A model generated the notes under the pieces. It was given only the letters and a program-made list of their open reading frames with translations, was not told the DNA's origin and made no database searches. Positions 39,418 through 52,196 of a stretch of 64,000 bases of DNA are shown here, in pieces. The first letter of the stretch is position 1; every line of letters starts with the position of its first letter. The position numbers and the translations under genes were made by a program. This stretch comes from Takakia lepidozioides. Its lineage: Eukaryota > Plantae > Bryophyta. The stretch is from assembly GCA_030704615.1 (NCBI GenBank), contig CM060733.1, forward strand, positions 7,378,001 through 7,442,000, written 5' to 3'.

Positions 39418-40548
39418 ATGTCGCTGACCTTAGAAGACGTGTTGATCTTGGCAGAGGTAGCAGGAAGAGAGATTTCACAACATGTACACACAAGCCATCG
39501 TACACCTCAAGTGCATGCAAACCAGTCTATACAACAAGTACATACAAACTATCCTGCGGTCCAAGTGCAGACTGCAACAGTAACAAATCAACTTACACAT
39601 CAAGTGCAAACAAACCATCCTCCACATCAAGTGAATACTAACTTGCAACAAAGTCTTTCTACACACCAAGGGCAACAAGTCATAAACCATCCTACTCAAG
39701 CAGAAACACATAATCTTCCAGTACAAGTGCCTACACACCATCCTACACACTCATTGACGACAAATCATGGAAGACTGGTTGGCGAGCTCTCTGCTTTCTC
39801 CACTCCACCACTAGAGCAGCAGCAACTAACACACAACACTAAAGGGGGTTCTATTCCTACACTTGTCAATTATTTTCACTCTCAACTCTACTACAAGAAA
39901 TGTATGTGTTGCCTAATATCATGGTTTTGTATCCTCTTTGTGATAATACTATTGATTATGGGCACAGTTGTTTTGATTGTTTGGCTAGTACTTCGACCCA
40001 AGTTCCCTCATTATGACATACAATATGTCCAGGTTTCAGCTTTACACATCGATCCAAAATCCGATAAGCATAATCCTGTGGTGAATGCAGACATATTTTT
40101 TGCTTTGCAAGCTCGAAACCCTAACAAAAAAATTGGAATACACTATGATGCCATCCATATTTCCGCTTCTCATAGTGGTGACTGTTTTGGACAAAGCCAA
40201 GTGCCATCTTTTTATCAAGGCCACCGCAACACCACGTTGATGAAAGCAGAAGTGAAGGCAAAGAGCATTACAGTTCCTCAGGACATGGGAAGGTCCTTGC
40301 AAGCAGCAATCAACAGTAATAATGTTCCATTGTATATCCGTATGGATGTGAGAGTGCGTATACAAATTGGGAAATACAGATCTTTCCCTTTATGGCTACA
40401 CGAGTCGTGTGATTTGAAAGTAACCCCCCCTTCGGAAAGACAGGGTGGAAGATTGTTGTCTCACAAATGCGGAAGATTGATTATCTCTAGTATAAGGTGG
40501 CATAGAAAAAATGATAAACTTCCTCTAGTATTCAAAGTTATTTATTGA
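39418..40548 (+). CDS. NDR1/HIN1-like (LEA_2 domain) membrane protein, 376 aa, intronless, with a repetitive His/Gln/Thr-rich N-terminus
   Basis: First ATG at 39418. Cys-rich juxtamembrane CMCCL, TM helix ILFVIILLIMGTVVLIVWLVLRPKFP, NHL motifs ARNPNKKIGIHYD and PSFYQGHRNTT, C-terminal CDLKV...C. Confidence 0.88.
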   Translation: MSLTLEDVLILAEVAGREISQHVHTSHRTPQVHANQSIQQVHTNYPAVQVQTATVTNQLTHQVQTNHPPHQVNTNLQQSLSTHQGQQVINHPTQAETHNLPVQVPTHHPTHSLTTNHGRLVGELSAFSTPPLEQQQLTHNTKGGSIPTLVNYFHSQLYYKKCMCCLISWFCILFVIILLIMGTVVLIVWLVLRPKFPHYDIQYVQVSALHIDPKSDKHNPVVNADIFFALQARNPNKKIGIHYDAIHISASHSGDCFGQSQVPSFYQGHRNTTLMKAEVKAKSITVPQDMGRSLQAAINSNNVPLYIRMDVRVRIQIGKYRSFPLWLHESCDLKVTPPSERQGGRLLSHKCGRLIISSIRWHRKNDKLPLVFKVIY

Positions 40549-41490
40549 TCCGATTCTGTTATAGTGTATATGTTGATCAACATTCAACTTTAAGCTCTTA
40601 ATTGTTTTGTGACTCATAAAGCTCTAATTAAATATGACTCTTTGTCTCATTTTATAATCATGTTGAAGCTCTCTCATAAGCTTTTAATAATGATGTGATG
40701 GCAAGTTAGGCGAAGGAACTTTGACGTATGCAAGGTCAAGAGTTTCTAACATATATCGATGGAATTATTCCAGTTATCCGCATTGATGGCTTGGAGACAT
40801 GCTTGTAAGCAAATTATAAATTATCTTTGACGTATTTATCCATTCACACACATTCATGAAGTTTTTATCAGAAATCTTCTTGTACCACAAGACATTTCAA
40901 TTTTGAATCATTGTGTACAAATCAATCTAGATCTGCATTATCCTTCCTACAGGTTGTTGCACCTAGCTAATAGACCTTCTTGCAACTTCAAACTTTTTCT
41001 TTTGTTAAAGGTCTCCAAATCTGACTATAAGCATCTGTAGGAATTTCCAAATTTTTGTAAACCCTACAATAGATAAATTAGTGCTAATGAAATCTTTCCT
41101 TCATTTTAAGCGGGATCGTTGGGTAATAATCTCCACATGCCTAGTCAACCAATTCAACCATTTTCCCTATCTAGAGACTCATGTCCAACTTTGAACACTA
41201 GTTCTAGAGGGATAGTTTGTTGTAACTACCTACTATCTTTTCATGGTCTTCTCTAACCTTTTCAAATCCACTCTTAAAACAGACATTATTTTTTAATTTA
41301 TTTTTAATTTTTTATATTTTCATTATATCGCATAGTGGGACTCAAGCTACTTTTCATTTACATGAAATGTACCTTTTAGTAAAGCAAATCCATTGTTTTT
41401 ATTTTGTTTCCATGCATTCATGTACTTTGGCAAAAATCAGTTTTTTGAGGCTCACAATAATATATAGAAGTAAAAACTTTCACTTTTTTG

Positions 41491-44245
41491 AAAGGTTTCT
41501 TGATGGAGAAGTTGCTTCCAAAGGAAGCTTCCTGAGCAATTTCCCAAGTTACTCTCGGTAATTTGATAAACTCCCGGTAATTTGATAATTAATGGTAACT
41601 CATGATAGATCACGATAAATCATGGTAACTTCCAGTAACTTGGTAACTTATGGTATTTACTCCTGATAAGTTCACTAGGCTATGTCCGTGACATCACCCC
41701 CTCCTCTAGCGCCGAGTTCCTCGAGGAGCGGTAAAATCTTGGACTTGCTTAGAGTTGGAGAAAATCCAAAATCCGACGAATGATACTTGCCAAGTATTCG
41801 GCTTTTCATTCTTGACTCAAATGATTTATAGGTCCCTACAACCATCGATAGTGTCCAACATCTTGAATTTGGGACCACGCAGTGATTTGAGTATTCTGAT
41901 TTTTGAAGTTACCTTCAAACATGATTTCATTGCCCTATGGGACCGAAGCCTCAACCTCCAACATGATTATCAGACTTCGAGTAGGCTCCACTTGCCATCG
42001 TACGGGGTCCAGACGAGGAAATTTGCGTCGCATTGGTGGCCCATCGTCTCGAGAGCGTCGGCGTGATGTTGAAGGTCGTGAGAGTCGGAACGGCTGATCT
42101 GGTAGTTGGCTAAGCGACAGCTCCAGTGTATCTGGTTTATATGACTTCATGCTGCCAACACAAGATGCAAAAGTACTAGAAGTATAGCTATATATACTGA
42201 TGTATGGTGCTCTTCCCTCCTTTGCGTGTATCAGGTACACTGAATGTGGAGTTTTCACCTTGAACCTAACTTGGCTGACATCATCGTTGTGACGTCTTAT
42301 AAACGTGTAGCTCGAGGCTTAGCTGGATATCGTTGATGAAACTCTTGAATTTTGTCAGATGCATTGGCGAGGTTGGATGAAGGTTCCCACGTTTGTTCGC
42401 TGATGTCGTAGCGTTTCCAATGTACGAAATACTCAAGACGTTTATACTTGATGCGAGAGTCTAGGACTTTATTGACTTCATACTCGATTTTCTGATTGAC
42501 TTCGATTGGTGGAGGTGGTACGGAGACTCTCCCTGGAATATTCGATGGATGATACAACTCCAATAATGAGACATGAAAGACTGGATGGATGCGCATATTT
42601 CGTGGGAGTTCAAGCCGAAAACTGACCGGATTTATTTGTCGAATAATTTTGAATGGTCTTAGGCAATCCAACTTCCTTGATGGTCGCGAGGTTTGTATGT
42701 CTCATCGAAGAAGCCACATACGATCTCCGACCTTAAATTGGGGTTGAAGTTGTCGATATTGATCTGCATATTCATTGTATTGTTTTTGAGCTTCTGCTAG
42801 GTGTAATGTAAGCTCATTGTGAATCGTAACAAGATGAGTAGCAAGATTTTCTACAGTAGGGCTTCCAACAGTCTTCATGTGGAAAGGGTTGGCTCGAGGA
42901 TGATGACCATAATTGGAGAAAAATGGAGTTTGCTTGGTCGACGAATACATAGTGTTGTTGTAGGCAAACTCAGTCAATGGCAAAGGTCCGTCCAATTATC
43001 TTGGTGATAATTTACCGTACAGCGAAGATACTGCTCCAAAATCTGGTTTACGCGTTCGGTTTGACCATCAGTCTGTGGATGATTAGCTGTAGAGAGGTTG
43101 ATCTTAATATCCAATATGTGAAATAATCCCCTTCAGAAACTTGATATGAACTGTGGTCCTCGATCAGATACGATATCATTCGGGAGTCCATGAATGTGGT
43201 AGATATTATTGAGGAAGAGTCTTGCAGTTTCCTCGTCTGTAATCGTCTTATTACATGGAATAAAATGTGTCATCTTCGTAAAACGATCCACAATAACAAG
43301 GATTGAGTCGGTGGTCTTGGAAATTGGAAAGTCTGTAATAAAGTCCATAGACACGGACGACCATGGACCCTTGGGAATAGGTAATGGTTGAATAAGGCCG
43401 TAAGGTCAATGTCGTGGTCTCTTCACCCTAGCACACGTATCACAAAATTTTATAAAAATTTTCACGAGTTTCCACATCTGCGGCCACCAATAGTCCCTGG
43501 ATATCAATTCCATTGTTTTGTTGAAGCCGAAATGTCCTGCAGCCGAAATGTCATGACATATTTGAAGAATTCAAAGTCGTGTAGGTCCTGGAGGTACATA
43601 GAGAAGTCTCTTGAAATAAAATAAGTCATCTTTGAATTCGAAGTCGTTTGTAACATCTGGGTTGTCTCGAGGTCGATTTAGTTGACTTCGTAGAGTCGTA
43701 GCAAATTGGTCGCTCTTCAGTGCTTCGTGAATCTCTTTTATGATCTCTGCATCGTCATAGGTGGACATAGATAACATATTCAATTGAAGATTTGCTGGTT
43801 TCAAAATGATGGATTTCTATTGGTCGAAAGCTGTTTTTATTTTATTTTTCGGCGCAACATACGATCGTCGAGAAAGAGCATCGGGTTTCCCTCAAAGATT
43901 CCGAGGCGATAGGTAATAACAACATCAAACCTTACTAGTGACATACCCTATCTTTCTTGACGTCGATTTAAAACACGAGCACTCATAAAATATTCAAGGT
44001 TTTTGTGATCGGTGTAGACCATTACCTGATGTTTAGCTCCTTCCAATACATGACGCCACTCCTTAAAAGCATCGATGATTGCTAGAAATTTTTTGTCATG
44101 GATTTCATAATTGATCTCTGCAGCGGAAAATTTGCGAGAACGAAAACCAACAGAGTAAAGTCGGTCATTGGTACCGTATTGAGAGAGTATAGCGCCAAGT
44201 GTAAAGTCCGATGCATCTGCTTCCAAAAAGAATGGTTTAGTTAGG
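41491..44245 (-). mobile_element. Chromovirus copy C (same family as B): RH-INT-chromodomain-extra ORF-PPT and a truncated 3' LTR
   Basis: Reverse-complement homolog of about 8525-11310. The LTR begins at 41693 (TGTCACGGACATAG on minus) and is truncated near 41491; cut at 44245 by element D. Confidence 0.9.
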
Positions 44246-47200
44246 TGTAACAAGGTAGAATCTAGAAGGTTCTAGATGGAGGAGGAAAGTTCCCTAGAAG
44301 TTTCCAGAATAATTAGGAATGATCCTAAGAAGTTTGACTTAAGGAAGTTTGACTTAAGGCTCTCAAGTCAAACCTCTAAGATATTCATATTATGGAGAGT
44401 AGGTCAAATCTTTGATAAAGTCATATTGTAAAGAATATGTCAAACCTAAGAAAGTTGACTTTAGCAAGTATCTTTGATAAAGTCGTATTGTGGAGAATAT
44501 GTCAAACCTAGGAAGGTTGACTTTAGGAAGCTTTGACTTGAGGCTATCAAGTCAAACCTTTAAAATAATCATATTGTGAAGGGTATATAAACCTGCGATG
44601 AAAACCTAGAAGGCATCGAGTTGTTTTGGGAAAAAATTGAGAAGTACTTCTATTCTAGTTTGTGTAGATCCTGGGTGTTACAATGGTATCAGAGCCTAGT
44701 CTTTCTTAAAGTTGGGAGTGAATACCTTCTTTAGGAGGATTCGATTAAGATGTTTTTTTTTTTAGAGATTTTTGTTGTTAATATTTTTAAGTGTTGAATA
44801 GATAGTAGTGATGGTGCGTTATAACGATAGTATAAAAATATAATGGACTTAAATCAACTGTGATTTTCCTTCGGAGTGTGAGTTTAAAATTATATGTCGT
44901 CGTAAAGCAGAAATTAGAGATATGATAGTACAAAGATTTGGAGAGGAACAATATCAAGAAGTGTTACAAAACCCACGACCTGTCGTCTTTCCTATAATTA
45001 GAAATTGGAAGATATACATATGTGTATATACATAGCTCATGGATCGAGGTAGACATTTTCCGCCTAATTTTCCACCGCCAAATGTATTTATTATCAATGT
45101 GCGCGCCATCGACAAACATCATCTTGTGAGATTTTTAGTTGCAGAATTTCGGGTAGAATTCATGAACCTTGTCATGAGTTCAAATGTCCCTTTTGTATTA
45201 CCAATAGTCATGTACGGGATGGTTTGGGATTGTACTATTTACATACTATATTAGGATAAGAAAATAGAGATAATATATATATTAATTTTAGAAGACAAAC
45301 ACCACGAATGAAGGAGTAGTGGAACAAGATGGCGAATAATGAAGAAATGGTGGACAACGCACACACTACTAATCAAGCCAATAATCAGACGGTGTGGATA
45401 ATGGAGCGCTTACACGAATTGCAGAATGCTCTTGTCACGACCCAACAACAAAACAACGTGTTGATGGAGGAGCTCAAACAAGTGAGACAATCAACCGCCC
45501 CGGGACTGGTTGCTGATGTGTCGAATACGTTGCTGCAAAAGATGACCAAGACATGCAAGGTCGAGCCGTATAAAGGAAGTCGCGTCATGGGAGTGCTAGA
45601 AGGATGGATTTATCGAATGGAGGTACATCTGTCATATTTCCCTACATCAAGTGATTTGGACCACAAAATGTTCATACGATCTTTTCTACTCAACAATGCT
45701 TCAACATGGTTACAGACATGGGAGAGAAGACAGATTGCAAAAGGAGAACTTTTACTGTGGAGCACCTTGAAAGCGGGACTGCTCCAACAATTCAAGGCAG
45801 TAGATGCTGTTACAACTGCTCGAATGAAATTATGGAACTTGGAACAATGCAGGAGTGTGCAAAATGATATTGAAGATTTTTTGAATCTTCAGGTTCAAAT
45901 CGAAGACATGAGTCATGCAGAAGCTTTAGACAATTTCAAAAGAGGATTGAAGAAAAAAATTCAAGGAGAGGTAATTTTACGCAACCCGGTTGATGTCCAC
46001 GAAGTAATTTCATTGGCCTAAAATATTGAAGAGACGTTACCAAAATATGACGAAGGTATACACGTTCCATTGAACCAATACGGACCAACGCCTATGGAGC
46101 TTGGAAATCTTCGAAGACGGGATAACTTCCAATACTATCAAAGAAATAGGTCGGGAATCAGATATGTGGAAGATAACACACAGCGGCGAATGAAATTGAA
46201 TGACAAGGATGTGACCTCCTCAACATTCTCACGAACAGAAGGACAAAGGGAAACTAGACAATGTTACAACTGTGGAAAATATGGACATCTTGCAGCCAAC
46301 TGCCGAAATGGAAGGTACAATCGACAAACTTATCGAAGACCTCTTAACAGTTTAAGGAGAGAAGAAGATAATGAACATCACAATGAGCAGGAAAACGAGG
46401 ACAACCAGTAAGTAGATCTCGCGGTCTTACTGGTTCTACAAAGAAGAGGAGAAGCGAGGGGCCCAACAAGGAGAAAAGACAAATCAATCATGAATGATAT
46501 CTTTCGCCCATTCTTAGATAGATTTGTGATAGTCTTTTTAGATGATATTTTGATCTATAGTAACAGCCTTGTCGAGCATAGAAACCACCTCAAACAAGTA
46601 TTACAAGTTCTCCGTGAGAATCAGCTATATGCCAAAGCATCTAAATGTGAGTTTGGAAAACAAGAAGTAGATTATCTTGGGCATCGCGTGAGTAGGAAGG
46701 GGATTGAGGTAATGAGTGAGAAAATAGAAGCTATTCAGCAGTGGATAGCCCCTGAAGACATTACCCAATTAAGGAGTTTTCTTGGTCTTACTGGATTCTA
46801 CAGACGATTTGTACGAGCATTCTCAAAGATTGCCCAACCATTGACAAATCTTTTGGGCAAAGGAATTAGATGGAAGTGAGGTACAGAAGAGGAGTTAGCA
46901 TTTCAGGCCTTGAAGGATGCGTTGCTTCATGCCCCGATCTTGAAATGGTATGATCCGACAAGACTAATCAAACTCTCGGTAGATGCGTCAGGCTCAGCAG
47001 TGGGTGGGGTATTACAACAAGAATGGGACGACGGATGGCACCCAGTGACATATTTTTCTCGCAAATTGTTACCTACGGAACAAAATTACCATACAACCGA
47101 ACGAGAAGAATTGGCCATTGTTTTGGGTACAAAACATTGGAAGCATTATCTTGGAGACAAAGAGTTCATAGTGGAGACAGACCATAAACCGTTGGTGTAC

Positions 47201-48344
47201 TTGGAGACACAAAAAGATCTATCGAAGAGACAGATTCGTTGGGCGGAGTGGCGACAACAATTTAATATGAAGATCGTCTATGTGGAGGGAAAACGGCAAT
47301 TGGCGGATGTAATGACAAGGCTGCCGCGCATGAACACATTACGAAAATCAACATTCAACCCGATTGGTGGAACAAGATAGCGACGGCTTCTAAAGATGAT
47401 TAGGAGATCGTGGACGCTAAAAAGAAGGGCAAAGTGACAGAAGTTCGAGGGTTGGTATTCAAGGAAGGTAAACTTTGGATCCCTGATGAACCTGCATTGA
47501 AGACAGAAGTCTTGTTTGAAGCTCATGATACGGCGATAGCATCCATGTTGGAGTTGAAAAAACATTCGAACAACTAAAACGAACATTTTATTGGCCGCGG
47601 ATGCGAGACGAGGTGGATGCGTACGTTCGAAGTTGCATGAAATGTCAACAAAACAAGTCAACAAACCGCAAGCCAGCAGATCTTTTACAACCACTACCAG
47701 TACCAAACAGACGTTGGGAACATATGAGCATGGATTTAGTTTGTGAGTTACCTCAAACCTCATCGGGATATGACACTATAGTGGTCTTTGTAGACAAATT
47801 GAGTAAGATGATACAAATCCGTCCCACTAGAAAATCCGTCACTGCACCTAAACTAGCTCGACTATATCTGGAAGTGGTCTATTCTCATCATGGGCTATCT
47901 AAAGTTCTCATTACTGACAGGGGTACCCAATTTACTAGCTTGTTTTGGAAAAGCTTATTTGATCTTTTTAAAACCAAATTAACTATATCAATAGCCTATC
48001 ATCCGGAGTCAGATGGACAGACACAGCGAGTGAATCATACAATTGAAGACATGTTGCGGGCCTTTACGTTAGAAGAACAATAAGAGTATGATTGATTATT
48101 ACCATTGGTAGAATTTTCATGCAATAACTCGGTCAATGCGTCAACGAAAGAAATTCTTTTCTTTTTGATGTATGGTGAACACCCAAATGTGCCAACAACT
48201 CTTACGAAGTTCAAGTTACCAAAAGAGGAGTTATCCAAGGTAGCCGCAACTTATGCATTTGTGCAACAAATTTGACGGGGAAGCTGCTGGTTGCCCAAAA
48301 TCGCCAAAAGCAGTATGCAAATGCACGTCGACGGGATGAGGAGT

Positions 48345-50351
48345 TGGTTCGCCATAAAATGGCATGGTTGTTTGTGAAACCCCCGCGGACAGTCACAGAA
48401 GTATATATAGGGAGTAGTAACCTCGAGAACGGTGCAAGCCCGTTGGTGACCAAAAACTAGTGAGTAAGCGAGCAAGCCGGAAAGCGACCAAAGAGTGGGG
48501 AGCTATTCCGGACTGCCATCTACCAAAGGGAATTTCCACTAGGCCAAAATTGGTGGAGGGTTTGTTGGGGGAGAAAAGGGGGACCGTTATGTCCTGGTGA
48601 GCAGCCGAAGGTCCGAGTTGGCCCGGCGGCCAGGTTGGGAGTTAGGCGCGCGCATCAAAGTGAGTAACTATGACTTGAAGGGGAGCTTACCGAAGTGAGG
48701 TGTGCGACACATACAAGGCCTATTTCCGCGGGCGTCACCTATTACCGCGGGTTGATCAGCCCTTTCCAGGGAATGCAGACTGGATGTGTTACATCCATTG
48801 TATCCATCATTTCTATCCATTGCATCCATTTAGACGTTGTTAATATACCAGGCCCTTGCATTGGAATGTGGCTACGTCGTGAGCAGGTGCACCCTCACAT
48901 CATCCAAAGCGGATCCCTGCGACATGTGTTCTTACTCACCACCCTTGCAAATATGTATGGTATGTGCTGGAGCATCATAGATGCTCACCAGAAGAATGCC
49001 TGAACGATCTTTGATCACGTGGACTTTAACGTGGTGGATTAACTAAGCATTCTTCTGGCAGGAATGATTTGGAGACCAACGAGCAAATGATGCGAGAATG
49101 CTCTGCCCAAACCAAAGACGTTTGTTTGTTTTTGCAATGCACACAAGCCTGTGAGCTCCGGAAAACACTAAAGAGATTGAAGGAACAATCTGGGCAGTGA
49201 TGAGTCCCAAGACTCCCCACGATTCCCACCACGAGGTCTCCACCCCATGGTGAGTCCTATGCCACCTCCACTAAGTCCCGCTAAGCTACCACCACCCCTT
49301 GTGGAGCCACCCCCACCGCAACCCGGTGTGCGGGGCTCCGCCTAGTGAGCGCCTCTGCCTCTTTGAGTGCCTTGGGCACTCAAGGGGTGCAGCCCCCGTA
49401 CCTATCGCTGCTACTGCCCCCACCACAGGGGCAGCCCCTTCTGTGTCCTGACCCCTTGCCCTCAAGGCAAAGGGCCGCGACAAAGTGCACATGGGAAACA
49501 TCCTCTTCGTTGGACTTGTGCATTGCATCATTGTATTCAAAATGGGTTTTTGTCGACTTGTGCAGGAGTCCGTGTGCTTTCACTGACCCTCCAGGGCTAT
49601 CACACCTTTTTTGACTTCTTTCAAGTCCTCCTCAGTCTTACATGCTACCCGTCTATGCGGAGGCACTTGCAGCAAGCATGTCTGTTCATGGCACTCGCAG
49701 TCCAACCACCGACGGCCGTGGTAGAAGACGTGGTGTTGGGGCCAGAATCTTTGTGGATGACATAGCACAGGATCGATTCTGATTATGATGACTGTGACAC
49801 TTGATATCAAGTTTTCTCTTACTTTTGTTCGGGGCCAATTTTGAAATGGGATGGTTGTGTGTCATTGTTGTCCAGTTTGCAATGTGTGCGTGGGATGAAA
49901 ATTCTTGGGAACAAACTATCGTTGGAGATGGGGGTTGCAAGACTCACCGCGACTCACCACCGGGAGTCGAGGGTTTTCGTGGTGGTTCGCCATAAAATGG
50001 CATGGTTGTTTGTGAAACCCCCGCGGACAGCTACAGAAGTATATATAAGGGGAGTAGTGACCCCGAGAACGGTGCAAGCCCGTTGGTGACCAAAAACTAG
50101 TGAGTAAGCGAGCGAGCCGGAAAGCGACCAAAGAGTGGGGAGCTGTTCCGGACTGCCATCTACCAAAAGGGAATTCCACTAGGCCCAAATAGGTGGAGGG
50201 TTTAGTGGGGGAGCAAAGGGGGACCGTTATGTCCCGGTGAGCAGCCGAAGCTCCAAGTTGGCCCGGCGGCCAGGTTGGGAGTCAGGTGCGCGCATCAAAG
50301 CGAGTAACTATGACTTGAAGGGGAGCTTACCGAAGTGAGGTGCGCGACACA
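48345..50351. repeat. Pair of ~368-bp direct repeats (48345-48711 and 49983-50351) flanking ~1.27 kb of unrecognised sequence; TRIM/LARD-like
   Basis: Both copies run TGGTTCGCCATAAAATGG...GCGACACA, are highly similar and contain a TATA-like motif. No canonical PBS or PPT recognised. Confidence 0.75.
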
Positions 50352-50413
50352 CTTTGCCTTAAGAATAGTGATTCTGGGTATTGAAACAAGATACAAACAT
50401 CCACAGCTTGAAC

Positions 50414-52196
50414 TTACTCGCAAGCAAAGTCGGAGTCCAGCTCCTTGTCAGAAGTCTCCCCTATATCAATATCACCAGGAAGGGGCTTCGGAAGGACTTG
50501 AGAAGTGTGTCCTCCCAAACCCATCAGGAAGTTCTTGTAAATTTCGGCATTCCCTTCAATCTCAAAGAGATGTCGCGCACTGGCCTTGCAAGCGTGGTAC
50601 GAAGCACCTGCAATGGAATAGAATGAAGGAAACAGACATTGAAGACTCATTTGGAACGGTGGGAAATGCTGAAAGTACAAGCTCAAACAAACCCAATCAA
50701 ATGTGAATGTTGAAGAGACAAACCTATGACCATTGACAAATCCAGAACTCTGGCGTTGGTGTAAGTGCAGCACTCCACAATCGTTTGAATGAAAGCCGGG
50801 CTCCTCTCCCTGGCCCCTCTCCAAGGAACCCCATTCCCCCTTCGCAACCACACGTTGCTGTCCACATAGTTGTGGTGCATGTCATCCGTGGGAGGATCTG
50901 TCCTCTCGTCTATGAACTTGCCCCCATGAGTGATGGCGAACTCCCTAATGACGGCTGGAGTCGTAGGTGGATGCACTCGGACGAGACAAACTGCTTCAAA
51001 TAAACGAGTCTGCAAACAAGAACTAAGAAGCTTGAAAATCAGGCCCCTACATATTCATTTGAGCGACTTATGCAACTCCATCCGAGAACCACCAAGAAGA
51101 GGAATAAGAAGGCAGATTTACCATCTCTCCCGGACAATCCCCCTTCGTCAGGTACATGCTGTTCACACAATTCCATGTCTTCACGACCCTCATGCCGGAG
51201 GCTTTCAAATAGCTGGCAAGTGCATGGTGACAGCTATGCAGGTTGGAATGCATCGGACAGAAAGAATTTGCAAAAGGAGAAAACCCACCGCCAGTAGCGC
51301 TCATCAAAAGCATTCCAACCTGGACAAGCACCAGCTGGAGGGACATCCGGGACTGGCAACCCATCAGGGATGTCCAAGATGATGAGTTCAGCTGCATATG
51401 GCTTCTCCTTCCCGTTCACCCAGGATCTGGTCATTTTAGCCTGCAAACAATCATGCAATGAAATGCTCAAGACGCTTGAAACGAGCCATGCCCACAACAC
51501 ACAAGAAGCAAAAGACAACACGCACCGTGCTGAAGAACTCCACAATCCTCTCCCACACTGGTGATGGATCGCCCTTGTAATCATATTTCTGGACTCCATC
51601 ATGGCAAGGAACCCGACGTTGGCCATCTCCAACCTGGTAGGGCGAATGACCCTCGTGGGATGCTCCACCGCATGGTACGGGTCCTTAGGATCAACCACCC
51701 CCTTGTTCTTTCTCCCGGATCCCCTTCCATGCGGTGGAGTCTCTTTGGTCGGCTGGACATCCGCCCCAGGGCCAGTTTCTGCAACACTTCCCTGCCCAAC
51801 AACCTGCCCTTGCGCTCCCTTCCCCCTACCCCTTCCTTTCCCCACACCAACAGCAACATCCTTTCCCTTCGCCTTTCTACCTTTACCCGGGGTATCCTGA
51901 GCGGGGGCTCCTTCTCTGCAAGTGTCCTCAAATTTCTATCATGAATCTCGAGGTCGGCAGCTGCGGCGGTAGCTGCCACATGCTCATTCTCTCTCCTCAA
52001 AGACATCTCATGCGCTAGGGTCTCAGAAACAGGGCAATCCAAATACCAACCACAGGCAGAAAGATGGTCTAGGCCCCAGTCCTGCAAGATCCCCGAAGTA
52101 AACATGGTCTGGTTGCCAGCAGGAACTAGCCACAAGTCCACGAAATCAGGATGTTTGTCCAAGCAGTTCTCTGCCATGAGAACATACTTTATGTAC
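50414..52196 (-). pseudogene. Spliced, 5'-truncated, frameshifted gene encoding a beta-class N4C/N6A DNA methyltransferase-like domain (N6_N4_Mtase-like)
   Basis: Exons (minus): 52196-51526, 51440-51122, 51009-50724, 50607-50414, with GT-AG introns of 85, 112 and 116 nt. Motif IV-like AELIILDIPDG, then GWNAFDERYWRWVFSFCKFFLSD, then motif X-I-II-like RERSPAFIQTIVECCTYTNARVLDLSMVIG|ASYHACKASARHLFEIEGNAEIY. Confidence 0.65.
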
